64,000 bases of DNA from Lingula anatina. Lineage: Eukaryota; Animalia; Brachiopoda. The notes under the pieces were generated by a model, which saw nothing but the letters and a program-made list of their open reading frames with translations, was not told the DNA's origin and ran no database searches. Below, piece after piece: positions 14,341-27,100 of the stretch. Within the stretch, counting starts at the first letter, position 1. Each line of letters opens with the position of its first letter. The position numbers were made by a program, and so were the translations under genes. The stretch spans positions 32,383,967 through 32,447,966 of the forward strand of contig CM120640.1 of NCBI GenBank assembly GCA_051362555.1, in the 5' to 3' direction.

Positions 14341-17012
14341 TAACTTATGGCGGTCGGTAGAACTACCATGACTAGAAACCAAGGTACCTTCGATTACTCT
14401 TCCACCGACATTAAAAGGGCGATTACATTCAAACCAGTGCTACAGTGCGTATACCTGTACGTAACTACATAGAGAAACCTCCTGTTAGTGAATGAAAGAA
14501 ACCCACCCAAAAAATTATGTAAAAAAACCACACCGTGTGGATTAAACCTGGCGCAAAAATTGCCGTGAACATGATCAACCTGTAAAAGTAAAACTTCCTT
14601 CGTTACTAATCGATTTTTTTCATAGATACCTACAGATGCTTGCAGAGCGATCCAAACTTTTTTGCTTTTTCAGACATCTATCTTCATGTAACATTGCCTT
14701 AAGATGTTCTTTCGAAAATGATGAGCAGCCCCCACACGTTACTCACCCACAGCTTTTCTATGCTGCTGCAATATGTCCCAGCCTCAACGTTCCCTGTACT
14801 CCAGACCCGGAATTTCAGAGAAACAAAGCAGAAAGCATTTCGCAGATTTCAAGTCGATTACAGGAAAGCAGCAGACGTGCTTATCGCGTCAGGCGACTTG
14901 CCCACGGGGATTAAAGGAAATGACAGCAACCCGACATGACGGACCGCCATGTGAAACAACCACCTGCAGACTTCTTATGTGAGGCACAAATTGCTTTGCT
15001 GCAAACAAATGCATTGTGCAAGGGTGTCATTATCACTAGAAGCTGATGACACGCTCCCAAAGCACGATCCTCCACGAGCGGGTCTGACACGACATTCAGA
15101 AATAAAAGCTAAATTCTGTTTTCTTGGCGCCTGAGACTATCTTGATTGAAGAACCGTAACTGCTGCTGAAAAATAATTTGTTGATTTCATGCTAAGACAA
15201 ATGGATTTCTATGATGGTTCTTTGTCTGGTATTAAAACCTGTGACAGTGCGGTAGATGAAGTAATAGACTGAAGTAATAACTTAATGCGCTGTATATTTC
15301 CTGCACGCTCTAAATTTTTATTCATCACAGTGCAACTGGACTTTCAACTACTCTTGGCTGATACCGTTGAAAGCAATCATATCAAACGATAGTCAAACAC
15401 AAAGATATTGCATAACAATCGATTAGAGAGAGACAGCCTTGTTTTCACAGATTTCAGAAATCCCTACAACGGCGAGCCAAATAGCCTTCATAGACAGCAT
15501 TCATATGGGTTCCAGCTCAGCTCAGTAACATATTAGCACAGCTCGCAAATCTTTTCTTCACGGCAGGGCCTGGGCATTTGCCGCAAAACACAAAGGTATA
15601 CGCCCACGATTGGGCAATTTTAAACGCCCCGACGTTTAAACGACAAAAGCAGGTCAAAAGGCCCATGTGAATACATGCACATGTTCGTATAGGGCATATA
15701 GTATTAGCAAGCATTCAGGCCATGAGCCGACAAACTACATACATGTAGCTTGACTAGAGATATGAAAGACAAGGCCACAATGAGCTTAGGATATAATTTC
15801 CCTATTGCCTCTTCATCCGCACATATCGCAGTTCTTGTTTTCAGAAAAACAGTGAGAAATCTATTTGTTACAGAGAATGAAAACATCGCAAATTGTAATT
15901 TTAAAAATTTAAAGCACGTGGCATCCATGTGCCAAACTGCGTTCTCAGAATATATGTCATTCTTCTGCAACAGTTAACGGGATGTTTAATTGCGCCTTTT
16001 CTGAAAATAAAAACGATATTAAAGAATCACTACGAAAGCTTTTGTGAAGGGAAATACCAACCCCATCCAATGTTCTTGTATGAGGTCAATACTAATGAGA
16101 TTTCCCCAGTGGATCCTATGTAATGTGAAAGGAGGATTAGAAGGGCAATTTTCAACTCAGTTGCACCAATACAGATTATTTCTGATATGTCTGATACAGC
16201 TTACTTTTCAAAGATGTGATATGAAATATATGGTGCCACTTTGATTGCCATCTCCCTGTGGGCTTCCATTAAAGGCCATTACTATTGGCAAAGGCCCAAG
16301 TTGGCTTCAAAATATCAGTTTTAATTATTGAAGAGGGTATATTTTAACTTTCTCATATACCGATTGGAACCGATGCTCGTTGGCAAAATACAGCGTTATA
16401 TACATGTAGCGGTCATGCGAAATACTATTTGAAGCGAAAGAGGTGGCTGCCCATCGTCTATAGTTGGAAATGGTAATAAAAGAAGATTTATACTTTATAA
16501 ACAGTCATGTCGATCGAATTTTTTCATTACATGTATCAACGCCTAGCAAATGCCATCGTTTGGGATAAATCTATCACACAGTCAACTTTCTTATTTTGCG
16601 CCTAAGCTTTCGATCTTATATAAAAACTAAGTTGGAGGAGGTAGCATTTCTATTTCAGTCTTTAAAAATGAACCTGAAAACAGAGAGCCGTCGTTAACTT
16701 TAATGTCAAACAGGTGATAGGGTTAATCGAGCTATACAGGTACAAATTCATGGCATCGACAATTATCTTCGTGTGGCCTTTACTTGCATGGGTTTCATAA
16801 AGGCCAATTGGTAAGCATAATTCGTCATAATTCCCTTGTATTCATGCATTGCATGTTAGTGATCAATCTTCTCCTCGCATGTTGACTTTTACCTGTAATA
16901 TTTGGCTCCAATTTTCTCCTATATATTCCAATACCAATGCAGTTTTAATTTCTGTTGTGATTAATTCAGGGTTCCGGCGAAGGTCGACTATTAATCATGT
17001 GGGCAAATTCTT

Positions 17013-17240
17013 TTACATAGAAACGAAAGAAACATCGATTAATTTTGCTCCAGGTAGACAGCATACCTTCTCTTCATTTACCAGGCTAATTGGAGGAATC
17101 AGCCACCAATTTGCAGAACTGGCAAAATCCAATGAATTTACAGATAAATTGATTAGAATTAAAATAGCATGCGATTTAACCATAATCGATGGGATGTACA
17201 TCTTACCAAGTAGAACAAGGCGGTTCGCTTCTGCCAACGA
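17013..17240 (-). pseudogene. Possible decayed DIRS/tyrosine-recombinase retrotransposon pol C-terminal fragment
   Basis: The translation SVNSLDFASSANWWLIPPISLV resembles the DAF..W..ENNWLVPPxxL motif I recall from DIRS pol C-termini; the flanks are broken by stops and shifts. Confidence 0.25.
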
Positions 17241-20200
17241 CTCTTGGCACTAAGTAAACCTGCAAGACAAACTCCTTTTCTGATATTGTCTCCTTAATGC
17301 TGATATAGTCTCTCTCTCTCTGTTTCTGCAGCGTTGCTGCAACTTTAGCATCTATGTTTTAAAGTACTTACCTAAGGAAAACGCAAGATAGAGAGAACCT
17401 TCCTGGCAGCTTGTTAGAAGTTGTCCTTGTTGAAACGAAATCGATCGCAACTGAGCCAGGTCACGTTAACAACCCGACAAAGTGCAATCTACACGTGCTA
17501 TTTAATGCTCCTATGATACTTATTATAATTCCGTGTCAAAACCTCAGAAATACATTATCAAAAAGTAATGGAAATTACCTTGCGTATTAGGCACCTACGT
17601 TGCTGGCACCGTAATCAACTCCACGCTTTAGTTCTATCTCATACATTACCACATACATTACCTTAAATAAAATGCGGAGGCAGGCTGATAGCCAATCCCA
17701 ACTAGCATCCTACGCCTTCTGCCTCAAGCGTATTCATTCTAATGGGTTCCCATTTAAAAAGAACGAGATCACAGACTATCATATTTGATTAAAACGCGAC
17801 TCCCGTTATTGGCCGCTGCGCTTATGGAGTAATACAAGAGATGAAATCTCCGGCGACTTGGGAACGTTCTGCCTCGATTATGATGTGCGCCTTATATAAT
17901 AAAGCCTTCACTTTACACATTGAAATTATAGAACGGCTCCTAAAATCCACCTTCAAAATAGAGTTGTCAGTTTGTGTTCAGTTAAACGGGCAGGATTTAT
18001 TGCTAAGTGTTCGTACTCAACCCGCATGTTCGTAATCACTGGTGTTGCAGTCCGAGGAATGGGGGTTGGGTTGGAGGGTGAAATATCTAGCTTCAATCCC
18101 AAGCGCAATGCTGTAAGAATGCTTTATACAAAAAAATGTGACGCCTCTTTCAACTCACATGCTGCAAACTGAACCACATCGTGATGGAAGTCTGATCAAA
18201 GTCATGCAGGTGACTGCCAACATAATCTGTAGGCATAAAGACAGGCTTTCGGTACATGTATGTCTACATCTGTTCACCTGCGTGCAAATTAAACTTCTCA
18301 TCAAGTCCAGTTTCTATAACCGCGATTTAATGTTCAAGCGGCAATCACGAAAGCCCGCACGCGGCAGACCATCAACTTCGTCAATAACGTGCACGTGTCT
18401 AAATAATAGTTTCGAAACGATATTCCTTGTAAAGAGATAATAGCAATTGCTGATATTACAAAGCATTAATGAATGCATACTCACGTCGTGGTTTTGTCCA
18501 TCGTGTGTTCAATTACAGCACGCGTGTGTTTTCATTTCCCCACGCCGGTAAGAAATACATAGAAAATAGCGAGAGATCAGACGCACTTATACAGTCTACG
18601 TTGCCTGAGAGGTGACCGTCTGAAAATCTTAAGAAACGTTTGGATATCACGTGCGAAGTGAGAAATCCATTAAATAATTCGTTTTCACGGACTTTTTGCG
18701 CCGTTTGCAAAGAAAAAATCAACCAACGACGTACCACATACCTTTTTGGAACGTTACAGAGATATGTAATAGCATTTATGTAAAATGTATGTAAACAAAT
18801 CACGTTGATAGCTTTAAAAACATTTATTCGAAATTTACTGGTGACCTTTTTTATTTTGAAGGTTTTAACAGCCTTCTTTCAATGGAATATTAGTATAAAT
18901 AACAAAAAAATCACTTGCGACACAAATATTACCGTATGCAAATTCAATAGTCTAACGCACTTTATCTGTCTTAATGCAATACTTTTTATCATATCATCGC
19001 TGCAAATTGGCACTATGAAGAAGCAACGTGCCTGAAAACTGTACAGACATACGTCACATACTTTATAATAAAACATGTCTTCGAGATATTCTGTTGGCGT
19101 TGAACAGTATTCAAGAGTTAAGAGTCCAGCAACTTCCATCCTGCCTATTTCTTATATCTCGGGAATATTAAGAAAATAATGTAAAAGAGCTTAAAACCCC
19201 CTATTGTCTATCTAAATAAGAAACTGGATAGTACTCACAGTCCAATTCTGCTCTCCAGCTGTTCCAGTAACAACACAATAGTAAATACTGAATACCCGCA
19301 TTCACCTGCTTGTCGGAAATGAAAACTTATGAAAAAATAATCAATTTGGGTACAATTCTGAGCAATTCTGAGTACGAGATGTAAATAAAGCGGTGTTTGT
19401 GTTAAATCTTTAAATAAGCGACAACCGAAACATACCTGCTAAACAGAGAGGTACAAAGATTGACATGGATGAGTAATATTTCCTGAAGCCTTTCAAGTTT
19501 TTTTATGACGTAAATTTTGTCAAAGTTTTGCGTCAACGTTTCAAATAGATCATTGCCCGTATAGTACTGGGATTCAACTTTAAATATACCTGTGCGTTGG
19601 ACAATGATTTTAGTGAATGATCCGTGTAGTTTTAAAAAAAGGCCGATTCTGGACGAATATATAATATGATTAAATAATGTGATAATTATTTTGCTAGGCT
19701 GTAAACCATCGAGTTGTCTATTACAGTTCTACTAGATTGTAATCGTCCAGCGCCCATTTTCACGTAGCAGAGGATTTCGTTTGTAACCCTGTAAGTCTTA
19801 GAAGCCGATTTATCACACCATGTCATCTTTTATAAATTTGTCTTACATAAGATTTGTACACATGGGAATCTACGCCAGTATTGCCTTTGCAATATTTTGA
19901 TGAAAATTGTGACATGAGCCATTACTGAAAAAACATTTATTGTGAAATGCAGTAGCTCTCTGGTTGTTGTATATTTTTCTGTTTGATTGAACGGCCATTT
20001 TAAAGCCTCAAATATTACATAAAACCTCAATATTGTTCAACCAGTTTACTGCTCAACCAGTAAAACATCTTAAATGTGTTAAAAGATTAAGAAATGCAAA
20101 AACAAATCACACGCTGGGCACTACCGTACAGATCTCTATACTCTCTATCTCCAATATTTAGAGCTGAACTCAAATCACCCACAAATTCACAAGCTGGCAG

Positions 20201-23200
20201 TTACATTGTATTCACGCTGTTACATAAAGGACTGATACCGTCGTCAGTCAGGAAATATGTGACAGAATTTCTGAATAAGAGTGGTAACCTGTAGAAGTCT
20301 ACCGAGAAGGCAAGATCGAAATCTACAAAAAAAGAAACAGGAAGGCAAAACAACACTAATGGCCTGAGGGTCCCCGTCTATGTACCTTACTTAAAAGTCC
20401 TTTTCTGAAAAATTGAAGCTTTCGTTCTGACAGTATGTTTTTTTTTCGCTTTTTCAGACCGTTAACATTCTATGGAACCAGTAGGTGCATGTGAAAGACC
20501 GTTTGTCCAAGAACAAGAAACCCTATGCCGTCTGGGATGACAGCACTTTACTGAATCGTTGGTGAAACAAAACAATCTTTGTCAGATGCCTAAGCTACGG
20601 AAACGCACGTTTCCAGTTTTTACCACGCCCCTTAAAGACAATGGCATTAAGAACGTAGTAGTGCTTAACAGGAAGGGAGAAGCGGTCTAAGGGAGGATAG
20701 AGAAACCATCACTGAACAGACATGGCGGACTGCGTTTCCAATTACACCGGATGTAGGACATTCTCGGTGACATTCTGGGGGATGTTTGTCACATGAAAAC
20801 AGTGACAATTAATGCGGTTCCCTGACTGTCAGTACGTTAGTGTCCAGTATGTGCTTTTATTTTTTATTGCTTTATTGTGTAAAATCTACAACTGGATGAA
20901 TCAAAATATACAGTTTGGTCCTAAAAGTCTTGTTAGCTGTAACTATTGTGTCTGAAAGTTGAAACAACACTAAACCAATCTTGGCGAAAAGCGATATCCT
21001 CCTGTTGCTGGCGGCCATTTTTGATTTATCAACTCTTAGGAGTGAAGTGGTTCTCACAAACAAGTTTCTGGTACAAGCTTGGCCTGAAACAGTGTCATGG
21101 ACCAATACCCCTTTTATATGCAAGGGTCTATATTTCTATGGGAATTGGGCAGTCAGCTTGGACATTTCAGGTTGAGAAACGATGAGAAGGTGCCAAGTTA
21201 ATTTGTTCTAGGGCCTAATTGGGGCCCAGTGGGACCCTGAATCAAGAAAGAAATATAGGAAACAAACGTTTCGACAATTTGACCTGGACTTTAGTCCTCA
21301 CCTCTGTTTCTTTGCAATACGTTTTATAGACATCAAAATGACACCAGAAAGATAACATTTGTGAACTACTGTATTTATCACGGTACGATCCCTACACAAC
21401 GTGTTCACACACAAATCACCCTTCCACAGCTGAATGTAAGTCAAAAACCATTTTTCAATTATTGTATTCAAACAATGGCCAAATGGGTATCCTTGGCGTG
21501 GGACCAGTCTGAAATACATTCCATATGGATATTACATACGGAAGTTATAGATTTGAGTCTGCAATTAATGGCGTGAAATTGTCTCGATCAATCTCTGAAT
21601 TTATCCTATCCGGCCCAATCGAAATCCTTTACTGTTTCTCACCAATATGAGCTTCCAGACGTGATCTTGAATAATGTTTTTTTACAACTAATGCAATTTC
21701 AGTGTTATTTAAAGCGCGTATGTAAATCGTGGCGCTTATCAATCACTGAACATGCTACTGTATATATAACAAAGTAACAAGGATCACAAGAATGGGAGAC
21801 AGGAGGACCGTGGAAGAAGGCTAATCCATCGTTGTTTGCCTCCCCCTCCTCCTCCTCCCTCCCTTAGCGAGCAATGTTAATGAACATATTATACATACGG
21901 CGTGTCTTTGCGGACTTAACTTTTTCTCTCTCTTTGGGAGAGCGGAGGGGGGGGGGGCAACAAGTTTGGATCCCTCTTGCTCTGTTCGTGTGATTTATTT
22001 CAACTCAATTTCCCTGAATGACAGGCCGATGCGCAACTTGACATTGCTATTTAAACTCAATAGGTGTTGTCATACCATGTATCAGTGTTCGTCCGGTATG
22101 GAATAGCATCAGAGGAGTGATAAATATCTCTCATCCTATAATAAAGCACAGAATAATGTTTAACAATTAAATAGATTATCATGGAAACCTATGATTTGAT
22201 TTAAAAAGCTTTTTGATGTTTTCTCAGGCTGCTCTTTTCTCACCGTACCGGACATTCGTGCATTTACCACTGTGAGCTGTCTTAGCTGACACGTGCCTTT
22301 TACTGACATTTAGCATAGGGTGACTTTGGTTTCCCGTTTATAATCTAATAAGTATCAAATTCTCACTCCTTAATTTCCTTAATACCTTTAGAAAGTCAAA
22401 GGCATAGAGAAGAGATTCTGTCAAGGTTTTTTTTTTTCGAGTTTATTTTGAGTAATGTTTATGCGCAGATAAATGTACTAGGAAGCCAAGGACGATCGAG
22501 GACGAGTCAGTTTTTTGGCAAAAATCTTAGGTTACCTAGATTCAGCTCGCTTGGTTGTCTTTCACATTGAATCACGGCTTTGGTAAACAAACTACAGGAG
22601 TTGAGGTTGTCTAGGATTTTAGATCATTTGTGAAACGGAGGCCAGAATAGGCGTAAGCTCGCCGTAGGCTATTGGGAGACTAGCAAAATGATAGAAAAAT
22701 ATATAAACAGAAGGGTATTAATATTTATACAATTGCTCTGCCATTGTTAATAAGACATTTCTCAATCGTAAACTTAATACTCAAATGCAAAATGAATGAA
22801 TAAAAAAAATTAAAAAGCCAAACAATCTCAGAACTAGGTCCGAAATGAGTAGTATGGTATTTTGCATGCACCAGCCATTACATATTTCCCCCAAGAGACC
22901 GACAAAGAGATAAGATACTGCATTTTCCAGTGATATCACACGAAGCTTGGTAACGGTTTCATACAATGTAATGTTAAGATGGACAGTGTAGGTTGGGTTT
23001 TGATTTTATACTGATTTTCGAAAACCATAGTTCTCCTCGCTCGCCTTAACTACAATACTAGCTTTCTTAGAATTTTCAAAACAAGGATAAGATTTGCGTA
23101 AGAGTTCGAAGATCAAATCTTCATTAAGTGCATATACTGGGCTCTGTTCTACGTGGATCAATCAACAAGGGTTTCTGCAATATGTGAAGGCAAGGACGTG

Positions 23201-23596
23201 CAAGTAGACCTGAAATTTCAATATCCAGAAATGAAAATAGCGTTTTTAATACCTTCCATTGCCAGACACGGCAAAAAAGCCTATTTTTGAAATGGCGTTC
23301 ATTTAACACACACACACACACACACGCACACTCGCACATACATTCAGAGAGAGATGGAGAGAGAGACAAAAATCCAAGTAAACGAACAGAGGCAGTAGAT
23401 TTCTACCCTGTCCTTCAAGTCCGATGAGTGCCAACTTCCCCATTTCCAATCCACCAAACATTTACAAGATTATCGATACTTGAATCTGTGCCATATTTGC
23501 TTGTAGTTTACCGCTTTACACGCAGTCGGGAATCCAATAACCTGGATTCCGTGATTTCAAATGGGGACGTGTTACGTAGTTTTTAGATCCGTCTAA

Positions 23597-24142
23597 GAGC
23601 GCATTCTCAACGAATTAAGCCAGGCTTTACAAAGCCGGTGACCTAAAAGTGGCGGACGTACATGAAAGAAAAACCGCCTAATCTTTTAATAGTCTCTCCG
23701 CCTCCCCACACGTCGTCCCTGCGGGGTACAGTAATTAAATCGCGTCTCCGTTCGCCATGCGGAAGCTACCTGAGAAATATTAAGTGCGCATGCTCATCAG
23801 TTAAACTCGTGGTGAAGAAAGCATGGCGGCTGAAGGCGATCGAAGGAAAAAAGCTCTTCTGTTCTATTATCTTTGAAAACAGAGACGAAAAAGGAATAAT
23901 TTGGCCCGTAGAGCAGCAATGAATCGACTATCTACGGAGATAATATCACCAGAGATATTCACGGAAATATTAATGTTCGGAGCCGAGATTTAATTACTGT
24001 ACCCCGCAGGGACGACGTGTGGGGAGACGTGTGAGAGGCGGAGAGACTATTAAAAGATTAGGCGGTTTTTCTTTCATGTACGTCCGCCATTTTTAGGTCA
24101 CCGGCTTTGTAAAGCCTGGCTTACTTCGTTGAGAATGCGCTC
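23597..24142. mobile_element. PIF/Harbinger-type fold-back MITE (546 bp) with ~145-bp TIRs
   Basis: The left arm 23597-23741 (GAGCGCATTCTCAACGAA...GTACAGTAATTAAATC) is a near-perfect inverse of the right arm 23987-24142, which has a short extra duplication. TAA flanks at 23594-23596 and 24143-24145. Confidence 0.9.
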
Positions 24143-27100
24143 TAACATTTGTGATCGGTGCAGTTAAATTGTTTCAATAGTTAAGATTTAAAAATAAAAA
24201 AAAACGCTGTAGTTTAGACGCGAGAGGGGGCATGTATTTTAATTCCAAATTGAAGAAGCTGATCCACATTGACACTGAAATTTGACTATTATATTACCTT
24301 GCTGATAATTGCTCCCTCAATCCCTAACTTGACCTCTAACGCTCCGGTTTCAACGGTAGGGTGCTTCACGCCATCGTGCTGTGTAATTGGTACTATGAAT
24401 GATTGCTTCTAATGACACACAGCAATTGTCTGTTCAAACTAAAGAGCAAGAAGATTATGAAAATCCAATAAATTGTCCATCAAAGGTCTTTTATTCACAG
24501 CTTTATGGCGGTTTACATTTCGAATATAAGCGGAGCTCCGCTGGAACTCCTTGCAATTGCTGGTAATAAATTATCTAACACTAAGCATGCACTTTGCTCG
24601 CCAATTTTACTGGGCAATAAACTACGCGGGATTTCCGATCCAATGAAGAAAAACTACGGTGGCACCACATGGTTGAGAAATGTCATATGTAATTCAGTCT
24701 TATACCTACAAGTGAACCGATTTGAAGACTGGCATTTATTTGTCCCTTGAAAATAAACGGCATGAATAAGTTTGGAATGAGGATTGGAGGGGTTTTGAAG
24801 AGTGTGCCGTATAATTCTATTTACAGCCCCTTCAAAAAAGGTAGATACCGTGACATGAGTTTCAGCGTTCTGGATACTTCGCGCAATGCCAATCATGGCT
24901 TCGATCGAGATTTCTTGCGATATACCAGAATATCCCTTTTGGGATCACGAAACCCCTTTATGATCCAAATGGGGATGATTTATGTCCATAACGGCGTCCT
25001 TTTCAGAATTTAACGCAGAATTTATCCAACATTAAAGGTGATATCCACAAATTCAAAAACCAATATAACATTAGGGCTACATTCAAATCGTTCAAATTTC
25101 AGATAGTGAGCATTAAAAGGAACATTTGGTGGATTACACATGATAGTCGTCTTAACAGCTTTACATGGGTTTTTGTGGATAACAAACTCACTGCAAATTT
25201 CAGGCTTAAAAAACCATCGACCATGAATCAATTAATGCTGCAGCAAGAAATTGGCTCTTCCACGTAAAAAAATCATATAATTCCAAACAAAACAGGTCCA
25301 AATACCAAATGTCTAATTCAAGAGTGCCGCGGTCTCTCTCCAGTTAAGAATTACATTTTCATCCGGGATAAAGTAACATCCCATTTAGTTATGTTTTAGT
25401 TTGTTTGCTTTAGTTACAGCTTTGATTTTATTGACTTTACCCTGCCTTCCAATCCAATGGAGTCTTTCTCATCGAGAACTGGTTTGATTGAAGGGCGTTA
25501 ATGAAAACGAATAAAATAATCATGTTCCAGAAACCAGGTAAGATGTTTTCCTGGTAAAACCCAAGTCACGTATTTTTACAGAAAAGAGGCTAAGAGCAGT
25601 ATGCAAGAGAGAGGACGAAGTCACGAAATCACATTTTTGGAACCCACAGGCGAAACTCTGACAAGCTTCTTTTCGGTATTGCGTTACAAGACTATATTTC
25701 TTTAAACGAGTTTCGAGGGGGTGTAACAAAACCCAATAAGTATAACTTCAACGTTCGAGATGCAGTACAATTAAGTTTCCCTTATGAAAACCGAAATTTC
25801 ATTGAAACATTTTGAAAAATTTGTCATTAGAATATTAAATTCAGTGTGTTTATATCTAATTCATACACCTATTCTTCTTGTAAGTTTCAATAGACTGGAG
25901 CTTTGAAAAGCGCGTATGGAATGGCTGTACTAGATACTCTAAGTTGTGTTATATATAATATATAAAGTAGTTCTGTTAATTTCAGACAAATTAGACAAAC
26001 GAACATGTTGGGATTCGCGTCCGCATCCATACAGCGGCAGAGCCATCCGGTCCAACATCTATAACGATATCCGGTCATTTCATTATAATGACAGTTTGTC
26101 ACTGGCTTCATGCCACGTGTTATGTAATAAAGTAGCTTTCTAAAATACACCAATCAATAATCGACTGTGTACATGTAAGGATTCGCGATCTGGTCACAAT
26201 CAATCTGTACCACAGTCAATACTTACTATAATTATGATATTCTATAATTGACAAGATTCTTGCTGTGTTCAAACTGGTTTGTGAGGCATATATCTGCTGT
26301 GTGTATAAATAATCCGTAGTTTAAGTGTAACCTACTTTGCTATCAGCCTTCAAAAAATATTGTCTAGAAATGGGAATTATTCACTGAAATTATTTGTTTT
26401 GTCTGGCCATTCTAAATTGTATCTATTTGAAATACGATACTGATTTCGGGTATCAAACCAAATAAAAATAATATTATTTGAACAATTTCTAACATGTTGC
26501 CTTTTTACAAGTTATTTCATGCTGTTAACAGTGTTTTTTTACAAGAATTACTTTTCCGTGACACATCAATTGTCATACATTTCTGTATTGAAGTATATCT
26601 GTGGTATTTTTCACCAAAATGACAAATGATTATGAAGTATACATAACAAAATATGTTTACATTCAGGCCAATATCACGTCCCATGAGAACAGTTCACAGG
26701 TGTTGGGGACATGCATGGTCAAATTCCAAAAAATATTGCAAACGGAGATGAGATACAAGAGGTTAAATGCCCCAATTTTTTAATGATGGGCTGTGCGCTA
26801 TTCCTTTTATTATACCGATATTACCAAGGTATGAAGAACAGGGTGCGCTAATTGTCTGTAACAAAATTATTGTGTGCTCATACTTAAATTTTGTAAACTA
26901 TTTTAGAAGCCCCTGATTTCGGAGGTTAGTAACTGACCGCTCAGAGGCCTAGAATTCTTCTAGAGGTGTAATAATCTACAAAATACATGTAACAACATTC
27001 TCCTTCCACAACCCCCCCCCCCCCCTTAACCAACCCACCTTCCTATGATGATTTTCACAATTGTTGGCTTAGCGTGTCGAGATGTTACCTTCAAGATACC

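Noticed and set aside
22628-22646. TTTGTGAAACGGAGGCCAG, resembling one end of a DNA transposon
   Set aside because: No matching opposite terminus found nearby, so no element can be delimited.
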